The notes under the pieces were generated by a model. The model searched no databases. It had not been told where the DNA came from and was given only the letters and a program-made list of their open reading frames with translations. Shown piece after piece: positions 1 through 10,326 of a stretch of DNA of 64,000 bases (within the stretch, counting starts at the first letter, position 1; every line of letters starts with the position of its first letter). A program made the position numbers and the translations under genes. Location: positions 2,418,001 through 2,482,000 of the forward strand of contig OX597821.1 of the NCBI GenBank assembly GCA_951406725.2. Reading direction: 5' to 3'. The stretch comes from Octopus vulgaris (Eukaryota).

Positions 1-35
1 ACACACACATATATGTGCACACACACACACATACA

Positions 36-92
<57 letters not shown>

Positions 93-100
93 TACACATG

Positions 101-169
<69 letters not shown>

Positions 170-436
170 TTATGTATGCATGTGTGTATGTATTCACGTA
201 AGTGTGCGTGTGTGTGTACGTGTATATTTCTACCACCAATTCATTCACCAGCTCCATTGAATGTACAACCACTACAGGATACCTGTAAATGTTTGTCGAG
301 CGGCTATGTAATGAAGAATAAATGTTAACTATCGGTACGAGGTTTTTAGAAAATTTACATACAAGTAATCTCTTTTACGAATATATATGTAGACATAAAT
401 ATATGTATGTAATTATATATGCACTCATATATCAGA

Positions 437-467
<31 letters not shown>

Positions 468-468
468 A

Positions 469-521
<53 letters not shown>

Positions 522-551
522 CCCCACCTACCTACCTACCTACCTACCTAC

Positions 552-622
<71 letters not shown>

Positions 623-623
<1 letters not shown>

Positions 624-829
624 GACCCCTCTGTCCGGCATTCGCCATGATAGATCGCTAGCCACTCCACATTCTTTATTTTCTGTCCTTGTTTCTTTCT
701 GTGTTCCTTTCTGTTGAAGAGCATAGGCTCGAAACGTTAAAGACGTTTTCACTTCCCGAGCGTTGAACTAATACATCTGCTTGTTGTCTACACCACCTGT
801 CTTCGTCTTTTGTTTTTCTGTGAACTTTC

Positions 830-830
<1 letters not shown>
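623..830 (+). mobile_element. Microsatellite-embedded short element with variant HHR-like motif (CTGTTGA core) at 706-743
   Basis: CTTT-CTGTTGA-A-GAGC-ATAG-GCTC-GAAA-CG-TT-AAAG. Related copies at 37327-37570, 32509-32590 (partial), 15616-15830 and 58225-58450. Confidence 0.65.
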
Positions 831-874
<44 letters not shown>

Positions 875-1397
875 TGTATATACATATATTTCTGAAAAAC
901 AAGAACAAAAATGTGCTACTTTCTTAAAATTGGGTACATTTTTATTTTCCTTTTACATGTTTCGGTTTTTGAAAAACCTTATCAAGAATATGTACTAAAA
1001 TGGGATAAGTAAAGAGAAAAGATCTATTAAAAAAATTAAATTAAAATTCAGATAAACTTTCATAGTTTACTTTCCTTTTTCCTGCAAGAAATACATGATA
1101 ATATCCTTTGGTTCTGGTAGAATGACAAGATCAACTGACTGTGACCGCAAATTACTACAATTGTCTGTTTTTGTAAATCGAATAGTGTGGTCAACACTTG
1201 TTTTCCTAGGTCTGGCTGTAGCGGTTGAATAACTAGCAGCAGTAATAATAATAGTCGTCGTGGTGAAGTTGTCCCCCCCCTGGGGTTTTAATAGAAATCG
1301 GTTGCTTCGACCTCTTGTCATTATTTCTTACACACTCACTGAAGCACACACACACACACATACATATATATAAGCATTTGTACCCACACACATATTT

Positions 1398-1610
1398 CGG
1401 CGAGCTGGCTGAAGAGTTAGCACGCCGGGTGAAATGCTTAACAATATTTCGCCTATTTTTACGTTCTGTGTTCAACTACCGCCGAGGTCGTCTTTGCCTT
1501 TCTTCCTTTCAGAGACAATAAATTAAGTACCAGTTGCGTACTGTCAGCGATCTGATGGATTGGGCCCCTCCCCAAAACTTCGGGCTTTATGCCTTGATTA
1601 AAAAAGAACA
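1398..1610 (+). mobile_element. SINE family B
   Basis: GGCGAGCTGGC...TTAGCACGCCGGGTGAAATGC...CCGCCGAGGTCGTCTTTGCCTT. Confidence 0.8.
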
Positions 1611-1764
1611 TTTTACCGTGTTGAAACATATGGATAGTAAGAGTTCAATTAGTAGATATTTAGATCTATCTATCTGTCTATCTGTCTGTCTGCCTGTCTA
1701 TCCATCTATACACACACATATAGATACCTCCTGAATTATAACTGTATCATACATTTTCATAATA

Positions 1765-1925
1765 GTGTGCTTTCTGTTAAGTAGCTTGCTTACGAACCAC
1801 ATGGTTTCACGTTCAGTCCTACTGTGTGGCACCTTGGGAAAGTGTCTTCTACCATAGCCTCAGGCCGACCAAAGCCTTCTGAGTGAATTTGGTAAACGGA
1901 AACTGAAAGAAGCACGTCGTATATA
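1765..1925 (+). mobile_element. SINE family A, 5' half
   Basis: GTTAAGTAGCTTGCTTACGAACCACATGGTTTCACGTTCAGTCC...GGAAACTGAAAGAAGC. Confidence 0.8.
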
Positions 1926-1949
1926 TGTATATATATATATATATATATA

Positions 1950-2357
1950 CTCTTTACTCTTTTACTTGTTTCAGTCATTTGACTGCGGCCATGCTGGAGC
2001 ACCGCCTTTAATCGAGCAACTCGACCCCGGGACTTATTCTTTTTTTTTAAGCCCAGTACTTATTATATCGGTCTCTTTTGCCGAACCACTAAGTAACGGG
2101 GACATAAACACACCAGCATCGGCTGTGAAGCAATGCTAGGGAGACAAACACAGACACAAAAACACACACACGCATACATATATATACATATATACGACGG
2201 GCTTCTTTCAGTTTCCGTCTACCAAATCCATTCACAAGGCATTGGTCGGCCCGAGGCTATAGAAGAAGACACTTGCCCAAGATGCCACGCAGTGGGACAG
2301 AACCCGGAACCATGTGGTTGATAAGCAAGCTACTTACCACAAAGCACTCCTGCGCCT
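1950..2357 (-). mobile_element. tRNA-derived SINE, family A (near full length)
   Basis: Head GGCGCAGGAGTG...TGGTAAGTAGCTTGCTTA...GGTTCCGGGTTC has Pol III A/B-box-like motifs, then an internal (TA/CA)n and a (TAAAAGAG)n-like tail. Many copies in the window. Confidence 0.85.
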
Positions 2358-2441
2358 ATATAGTTGAACACAGAACATAAAAACAGGCGACATATTGTTA
2401 AGCATTTCACCCGGCGTGCTAACTCTTCAGCCAGCTCGCCG

Positions 2442-2527
<86 letters not shown>

Positions 2528-2574
2528 TACATTTCTACATCTCACAGTGAGATTTATGTAGTAGTGTTGGATTA

Positions 2575-2947
2575 AAGTAGTTGTATACTGCTACTTAATG
2601 TGACAGTCCCATGAAGTGAATAATACTACTGATATCTAGCCCTAGGAAGCAGCACCACCTCCTGTCAACCATGACACATTCCTGTGTCCTTATGTTTACA
2701 AGTGGGAGATAAGCACCTCCACCCAGCTAAGCCAGCAACACCAGAGACTAGTTTCTGAATCATTGATCGTCTTCAGTCTGGAGTAGCGTGGCTTGCTAGT
2801 TGGAGATGCCTATCTAGCCGTTGTAAGCGTAAGGAGACAGGAAGTGTGACAAGGCTGACAGGAAGTCGTGTTGCTTCCTAGGGCTAAATAGCGGTAGTAT
2901 TATTCCCTTCATGGGACTGTCACTTTAAGTTGACAGCACACAACTAC

Positions 2948-2949
<2 letters not shown>
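2575..2949 (-). mobile_element. ~375-bp imperfect foldback element with a hammerhead motif at its apex
   Basis: AAGTAGTTGT...GTGACAGTCCCATGAAG...TAGCCCTAGGAAGCA pairs with TGCTTCCTAGGGCTA...CTTCATGGGACTGTCAC...ACAACTACTT. The element lies between (TA)n tracts. Confidence 0.75.
2741..2781 (-). ncRNA. Minimal type I hammerhead motif
   Basis: Minus strand reads CCAGA-CTGAAGA-CGATCAATGATTCA-GAAA-CTAG-TC-TCTGG. Stem I is CCAGA/TCTGG, stem III is palindromic and the triplet is GUC; stem II is imperfect. Confidence 0.75.
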
Positions 2950-2983
<34 letters not shown>

Positions 2984-2985
<2 letters not shown>

Positions 2986-3210
2986 GAAGTAAACACATAA
3001 ATGTGAAACAAGGTGGAAAAAAGAGTACTCAAATACCAGGGGTAGAGTAATATGCTTTATTCAAAAGCAGTAGAAAATTCAACAAAAGTTGTTACTCGGA
3101 GTTTCACGTTCCCGTTCGTCGGACAGTTTTTTCCGACGAACGGGAACGTGAAACTCCGAGTAACAGGTTTTGTTGAATTTCTCCTGCTTTTAAATAAAGA
3201 ATATATATAT
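2984..3210. mobile_element. Tiny inverted-duplicate element carrying a variant HHR (CCGACGA core) in each arm
   Basis: Arms at 3055-3123 and 3132-3199. Motif is AAAACTGT-CCGACGA-ACGGGAACGT-GAAA-CTCCGAG-TA-ACA. Flanked by (TA)n; a second copy lies at 37847-38060. Confidence 0.75.
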
Positions 3211-3219
3211 ATATATACA

Positions 3220-3272
<53 letters not shown>

Positions 3273-3318
3273 TGAATTGAAGAAATGGAGCTGAACGCAG
3301 ATTGAACAGAAATCGTTT

Positions 3319-3412
3319 TATTTCATTCTACACGTGTTTCGAAAGGCACAAATTACCAAAATCCGATGGAATAATGGGACCATATTGTGTCTTTCTCTTC
3401 AGGAAGAAAATA
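3319..3412 (-). ncRNA. Type I hammerhead ribozyme with extended stem II (PLE 3' end)
   Basis: Minus strand reads TATTTTCTTC-CTGAAGA-GAAAGACACAA...TTGTGCCTTTC-GAAA-CACGTG-TA-GAATGAAATA. This gives a canonical core, palindromic stem III, a GUA triplet and a paired stem I. Confidence 0.85.
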
Positions 3413-3999
3413 GGAAATCCGTTGGAAAAACAAAAACAGAACAGAGGCGGAGCAAAAACAAATCGAACTATGCTCCTAAGAGCCCATGGCGAAACTGTTT
3501 ATCAGTGTATGTTGAGAACCGGTGGCTGAAGAATTCAACGAGTCAGGCATCGGTCAATCATGTGGGTGAGGGTGCGTAGATGTTCTTTGTGACCGAGAAT
3601 AAAGTTCTGACTATTTAAGGAATATTGGATGTTTTATAAGGGGCGAGAAAAAATCTACTTAGAGACGTGTGTGTGTGTATACTGTTCTATATATGTGTGT
3701 GTTGGCGTAGGGGTAGAAAACATTTTTTGTGTACGTGTGTGCGTTTGATCGTTCGGCTGTCAGTGGCTACTGCCGTGATAACCGTTGGGTGGCAGAAAAA
3801 AAAAATATATATATCATGTTTTATGTGTGTGTGTGTTCATCTAAGCCTGCCTTGTCAAGGAAACCCCCCGCTGTGAAAAAACCAAGCCCCGTTTGTCTTA
3901 CAGGAGTAATTCCCCTTGCAGTGGTTAATCGTAGATATCTTAAAGGCTATTTCAGAATTTGTTACCAAGGGCTATGGGTGCCGGTATTATTTATAAACG

Positions 4000-5307
4000 C
4001 TATTTAAAAGCCAGATAAGTGTAACGCCGCCAATGGGGGCATCGAAAAGCCGACTGTAAAAGCCCGTTTACCATCCGGCCTCTGGCAAACAAAATATGGA
4101 AGAGTTCGGAGACACAAAGTTTGCACTGCCTTCTGCCCCTATCAAATGGGAGGGCCACCGACAAAGTTGACCATTCCAGCCTGTAGCTTAAGTTCGTATC
4201 CTTCAGTCGCCATATTAGCTTACTGAGTCCCGTGGTCTGGCGCTTGTTCATGTCCCGAAAAGTTGCGTAATGGTTGGAGACACGCAAAGACAATCTTGAG
4301 GATGAGGCCCCTACATAAGTGAAGACATCTGAGTCCGTGTAAACCTTGCATTGGTAGACGGCGTTTTTGATCTTGGAGTTCGCCGACGTGAATCTAATTC
4401 TGCTAGGATTAGTTTCTGAAATTAGAACTGCGTTCCTGTCACTATATTCGTTCCGAGACCTGCAGCCGCTTACTACTCTATTTTCCACTACGTCACTATT
4501 AACTATAGGAATAACCCCTGATTCTCCACTATCTATCAAAGTGCTGTCATTGCTACTGCCCGTGGTGCTGCTATTGCGGGAAATGATGCTGGGGATGCTA
4601 TTGGGGCTCTCTACCCTACTCCCATTGTTACCGTCAACCACAACACCCCTATTTATAACTATACCCCTAGTGGGTACTCCCTGGCTGGAGCTGAGATTAT
4701 GTGTCACTGTACTGGCTCTCATATCATTATTACTACTATAATTATTCCTACTGAGCATTAAACCGGGAGCGGAAGAGGCTGTGCCTCCGGAAAAAGGTGA
4801 TAGGGTCTTAGTAAGTAGCCTATTATTATGGGAGGCGATTATCTGGGCGAGGTTTTTAGTGTTGGAGAAAGCTATCCTAACTTTATGCGAGTTAACCGTG
4901 GAGTAATATTTGGAATTTCTGGGGAAGTTATTGGCGATGGCTTGTCTAAACATGAGGGGGAGGTTAGTTCTAATCTGCTTACCAAAGGGGATTACAAACC
5001 ATATATGCTTATTCCTATCAGTGTGATGGGTCGGGACGCCAGCTCTCGCATTCGGGTGGGTGATTCTCGGATGAATAACGGGTCTTGGGTTAGTGTAAGA
5101 CCTCCCGGACCGATAATTATCCTTGTTCGCTAAATTAAATGCGGGAGCGACTACCCCGGCATCCACCGCACTCCCGTCCTTACTTAAAATGTTAATGTTA
5201 TTATATACGGCCCTATCCTGATGACCGAATGATGGCATCGGAAGGGCCGGATCAATATAAATTACCTTCTGCCTATAACCGGCCTTGGATAGTGCGGCGT
5301 TATAAAA
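4000..5307 (-). CDS. C-terminal part of a PLE polyprotein (post-RT region plus GIY-YIG endonuclease), RT missing
   Basis: Frame is open from 5307 (FYNAALSKAGYRQKVIY, upstream of the track's Met at 5238). It continues through KHIWFVIPFGKQIRTNL...KVRIAFSNTKNLAQIIASHNNRLL to AVYQCKVYTDSDVFTYVG...NHYATFR...GLSKLIWRLK...CKLCVSE...CPHWRR. These motifs are typical of Neptune-type PLE endonucleases. Confidence 0.85.
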   Translation of the reverse strand, partial: FYNAALSKAGYRQKVIYIDPALPMPSFGHQDRAVYNNINILSKDGSAVDAGVVAPAFNLANKDNYRSGRSYTNPRPVIHPRITHPNARAGVPTHHTDRNKHIWFVIPFGKQIRTNLPLMFRQAIANNFPRNSKYYSTVNSHKVRIAFSNTKNLAQIIASHNNRLLTKTLSPFSGGTASSAPGLMLSRNNYSSNNDMRASTVTHNLSSSQGVPTRGIVINRGVVVDGNNGSRVESPNSIPSIISRNSSTTGSSNDSTLIDSGESGVIPIVNSDVVENRVVSGCRSRNEYSDRNAVLISETNPSRIRFTSANSKIKNAVYQCKVYTDSDVFTYVGASSSRLSLRVSNHYATFRDMNKRQTTGLSKLIWRLKDTNLSYRLEWSTLSVALPFDRGRRQCKLCVSELFHILFARGRMVNGLLQSAFRCPHWRRYTYLAFK

Positions 5308-5361
5308 TCAAAAAACTTTTGATTAATCCACTACAAGATTATTCATCTTTCTATTTCACAT

Positions 5362-5396
<35 letters not shown>

Positions 5397-5508
5397 GTAT
5401 GTAAATATATATCTATGTATATGTATATGCAAGTGTGCGTGCATGTATATGAATGCATGTATATATAAACATATATATACATGCATGTATATGAATGCAT
5501 GTATATAT

Positions 5509-5560
<52 letters not shown>

Positions 5561-5929
5561 CTGTATGATAAACTCATTTCCAGTCAGTAGCTCACGGATC
5601 CATATTTGATAGGTAGTATATAGAAGTAGGAAAGTTAGTAACAGGCTTGTAAACACTGTCGTAAGTGTGATTATAAGATTGATAATATAATGTATGATGT
5701 CAACCGGATATGTTATTCTGTCTCAGATGCAGAATATTCGTTCTGTAATTAGGAAGAAATTCTGTTCCTGTCAATAGAAGAATATCGCATGTAATTCTTC
5801 TGACTGGGATTGGCATGAAATGATAGGAAACGTTCCCAGCTAATTGCTGGTTACGGCAGTTTAGAATCCGCTTCAAATGCGACAGAAATAAACAAATACT
5901 GCATATGTATAAACATATGTCTGCTTAGT

Positions 5930-6064
5930 TTGTGTGTATATATATATATATATGTATATCTGTATATATACATTTATATATATATATATATATATATATG
6001 TGTATTATATATATTTATATATACATATATATGCATATTTGTATATATTATATATATGCAAATA

Positions 6065-6131
<67 letters not shown>

Positions 6132-6132
6132 G

Positions 6133-6163
<31 letters not shown>

Positions 6164-6178
6164 GTACATATGTATATA

Positions 6179-6243
<65 letters not shown>

Positions 6244-6360
6244 GTGTGTGTGTGTGTGTCTGTGTGTGTGTGTGTGTATATACGACAGGCTTTTTCTTTT
6301 TCCGCCTGACAAATTATATATATGTACATATATATATTCATATATATATACATATATATA

Positions 6361-6408
<48 letters not shown>
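5930..6408. repeat. Compound (TA)n/(TG)n microsatellite, one of dozens in the window
   Basis: Directly visible; it explains the YIYI ORFs. Confidence 0.95.
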
Positions 6409-6411
<3 letters not shown>

Positions 6412-6759
6412 CTGGTGTGTTTTTGTCTACGTCACGTACCGGTTCGCCAAGAGAGAACGGTAGAATGAGAACTAATGCTTACAAAGAGTAAGCCCTGGGT
6501 TTGGTTTTTTCGACTAAAACCCTTAAGGCTGTGCTCCAGCATGTCCACAATGAAATGACTGAAACAAGTAAAGGAATAAAAGAATACTATGGCTTCACTA
6601 AACTGTTTTTTTTTTGCTTCCGTGATAGCAAATCCATGGCATCATTGTAGACTATCGCATCCTGTGGATATTTTTATAACCCAAGTAGAAGTCATAAATT
6701 AAACATGGGGAAAAATATAAAATCCATACAGATGTTGACTGGTACATATGTTATTTTCT

Positions 6760-7735
6760 ATTCTAGGCACAAGGCCCGCGACTTTTGGTGTGGAGGCAAG
6801 TCGATTAAATCAACCTCAGTACACAACTGGTACTTAATTTATAGCCCCTGAAAGGATGAAAGGCAAAGTCAACTTCGGCGGAATTTGAACTCAGAACGTA
6901 AAGACACACGAAATACCGCTAAGCATTTCGCCCGGCGTGCTAAGAATTCCGTCAGCTTGCCGTCTTAAAGAATCTTTTCTCCGCTAGGCACAAGGCCTGG
7001 AATTCTGGAGAAAGGGTGCAAGTCGATTAGATCGTTCTCAGTGCACAACTGGTATTTAATTTATCGACCCCGAAAAGAGGAAAGGCATAGTCGACCTCGG
7101 CTGTATTTGAACTCATGACGTAAAGACAGACGAAATACCTATTTCTTTACTATCCACAAGGAGCTAAACATAGAGTGGACAAACAAGGATAGACAAACGG
7201 ATTAAGTCGATTATATCGACCAAGTATGTAACTGGTACTTATTTAATCGACTCCGAAAGGACGAACGGCAAAGTCGACCTCGGCGGAATTTGAAATCAGA
7301 ACGTAGTGGCAGACGAAATACCGCTAAGCATTACGCCCGGAGTGCTAACGTTTTTGCCAGCTCTTCCGCCTAAACTGGTACATATGTTATCTATCCAAGA
7401 GAGAAAACGGTCCCCAAAGGAAGGAATCATAGATAGGAAAGAAAATTAAAGAAACTACAAATATAAAATCATTATAAATACAAAATCCTTTCTACTATAG
7501 GCACAAGGCCTGAAATTTAGCGAAGGTACCAGTCGATTACATTGACCCCAGTATGCAACTTCACTTATTTTATCGACTCCGAAATGATGAAATGCTAAGT
7601 TAACAATTCTGCGAGATCTTCTCCATATAAAAGATGGAATGCAAAATCGACCTCGGCCGAATTTGAATGTAGAACGTAAAGACCTGTGAAATGCCGCCAA
7701 GCATTTCGGCGAGTTTTCTAACGATTCTACCAACT
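6760..7735 (-). mobile_element. Cluster of four head-to-tail tRNA-derived SINE family B copies
   Basis: Repeated GGCACAAGGCC...GTCGATT...AACTGGTACTTAATTTATCGACCCCGAAAGGATGAAAGGCAAAGTCGACCTCGGCGGAATTTGAACTCAGAACGT...GCCCGGCGTGCTAA units. Confidence 0.85.
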
Positions 7736-8732
7736 GGGAGCCTCCATATTCAGTATTAATAAAGATCTTCGGGAAACGGTTAATCGGTTGTATTAATGTC
7801 CGTACTTGACTGTTGTCTAACCAAGAATGATGTTACCTAATGTGAACCATTTTCGTGAAGTGGACCCAGAACATGAAACGTATCGAAATATCTGATAATT
7901 CTCTAGCCTAGGAATCTACTGCTGCGTTACGTATTTTCGTAATAATTGTATTTACTTTAAGCACAAAGCATGCAGTTTTGAGGAGAGGGGCCGTATCCGA
8001 TGACTTCAATTGCCGAAAGGATGAAAGTCGAAATTGCTCACTGCGGGAGTGGAACTCAAAATCTGAAGACCAGGAAAAGATATCTTTCCAGCGTTCTAAC
8101 AATTCTGCAAGCACGATGTCTTTAATCGTATGTACATTAAACACGGCGACAAAAAATTCAGTAAATTGATGAAGTTAGTGTTATCTACTGCAGTACTTGA
8201 CTTAGATCTTATCGTCCCCGAGGGAATGAAAGGCAAATTTGACATGGACGGATTACGAGATCTCTCCCTGTAATAATTTCCGATTTCTACAAAACGTCAA
8301 ATATTGGTGTATGTTTTATCGATTAGACTGTCTTTCGTATTGAAATGGTTAATTGTTTATCATCAGACCAAGAAAGGCAAATGTATAGTCGCTTCCTCTG
8401 GGATAAGAACTTAGGAACTGAGGAACTTTAACGAATACTGTATGACAGATTGTGAAGAGCAATGTACAGACGTCCGTACTCTGCGGCTTTCCAGTCAGAA
8501 ATAATAATGAGAGGAAAGATGGAGCAAGACAGAAGATGGTTCAACATTAATTACTGAAATGCAGAAATGGAGATAATACGGAAGGACAGGTCCATTGGTG
8601 ATGTTAACTGAACAGCGTTTGCATGTTGTTGTCAGAGGTACTGCGCAAACAAGATTCAGTCTCACCACCACACACAAACAAACATCTACATATCTACAGA
8701 CATTAAAGCACATTCACATATGCGGGGACACA

Positions 8733-8777
<45 letters not shown>

Positions 8778-10020
8778 TTGCAGAGTGTATGAAACGGATA
8801 CCAGCAGATATAGACGAGCATATGCTGAGGTCAGTTTAGGCAGAACGATAGAGGCAGACGTAAAAATTGGCGTATAAGCTTAAGAATAGACGTCTTTGTG
8901 TACACACATATACACTTTTACACACAGACAACCTGTCTCATACACACATGCAGATATCTGTATATATGCATTTATATGAGTCGTTATATTTGTGCATGTG
9001 TGTATACATATGTTTATACATGTACACAGGAACACGTGTGTGTGTGTGTACACACACACACATAGATATATATTTATATTCTAAATTAATCATGTTTAAA
9101 TTTTCTTTATACACAATCACCATTAGATAAGGTGTATAGTTATATTGTGCACTATAGCATAAAGTTCAAATCAATAATCCAAAGAGCAAGTAGGAAAGCG
9201 TTGTGTATGCAAATTGCTCAATTTGATTTCTTAATTGGTTACCTAAACCCTGAATAATACCTTGCATATATGCAGTGTTTACGTGGGAAGATAACATGGC
9301 TATTATTTTTCTGAGCAGATTTACCACATTCGATTGAAAATGTCTCGGTTGACACTTTTATGTCAGTAAAGAAATAAAGGAACGTTATTTCCATATTTTT
9401 ATACATCTACTGACAACTGAAATCTATGCACACATAATGCAGTACAGTGTAGTAGTGAAAAAAAAAATCATTGTTAAAGATCTAGTAATATGTTCATGAC
9501 TCGCCATTTCCCACAACATGCGCACCTGAAACACTGATCTCAAATGAAACGCAATTTTTAAATTCGTGTCTCATTTGTAAGCAAAACAAGACATTTTGTA
9601 ATTTAAGAAAAAGAAGTGAAGTTTTACAGAGATAATTCTTTAAGCTGCATTACAAACGTCCTGAGAGTGAAAAGAAATCTAGAACTGCAAAGAGAAACTC
9701 GCGTGCATAAAAAGAAAGTTAAGAGGAATTAAATGAAACATGTACACGTGTAAGCAGTAAAATGCACACACATACGCACAGACGCGCGCTACAGAGAGAT
9801 ATATACATACACACACACACTTATATGATTATAATTATTAGGGAATATTACTTCCGAGTACATATGAAAAATACATTCAAATTAGATGTACTAAAATGAC
9901 CACCTCTTAATGTTTAATTCGTATATATAAAAGTACTTATTTATATATATATAGTAATGTATCGTAAACATTGAAGGGCAACAAACAAAACAGCTAATTG
10001 CAAAATCTCACCAAGAGAGG

Positions 10021-10326
10021 AGAGTAGTAACTATACTAAGAAGTATAGTTAATGTGGCTATTCCATGTTTGGCCATCTCTATGGTGATGAGGTGTTCGAG
10101 ACCGAGGATGAGCAAAGTAGCTCGAAACCGTATTGATTCCGCAATCCTGTCCTTTCCTGGAGGATGGTAGTGATTCACTTCCCTTCTGGCAATATATATC
10201 TACAGGGTGCAGAGCTACACCGATAACCAGCTGGTGGAAGATCTGCCTGGGGTTAAACAAGTAATAACATGAAGCAATCGTATTGATGTGGCGGTAAACG
10301 TTAGTAGATAGTATAGTTACTATTCT
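10021..10326. mobile_element. 306-bp segment bounded by 18-bp inverted repeats, with an internal HHR-like motif
   Basis: AGAGTAGTAACTATACTA (10021-10038) vs TAGTATAGTTACTATTCT (10309-10326), 17/18 match. Internal motif CCGAGGA-T-GAGCAAAGTAGCTC-GAAA-CCG-TA. Confidence 0.5.

Larger units (their letters stand above)
3271..5361 (-). mobile_element. 5'-truncated Penelope-like retroelement (Neptune-like), flanked on both sides by (TA)n
   Basis: Carries a GIY-YIG endonuclease ORF, a ~730-bp 3' region with a hammerhead motif at 3319-3412, and TA microsatellites at both ends. RT core is absent. Confidence 0.85.

Noticed and set aside
5209-5248. CTGATGA-CCGA...TCGG-AAG hammerhead-like string
   Set aside because: No GAAA or stem III/NUH, and it lies antisense within the PLE ORF. 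Likely chance.
6760-7735. Regularly repeated units resembling a CRISPR-like array
   Set aside because: They are diverged head-to-tail SINE copies in eukaryotic DNA, with no constant repeat-spacer structure.
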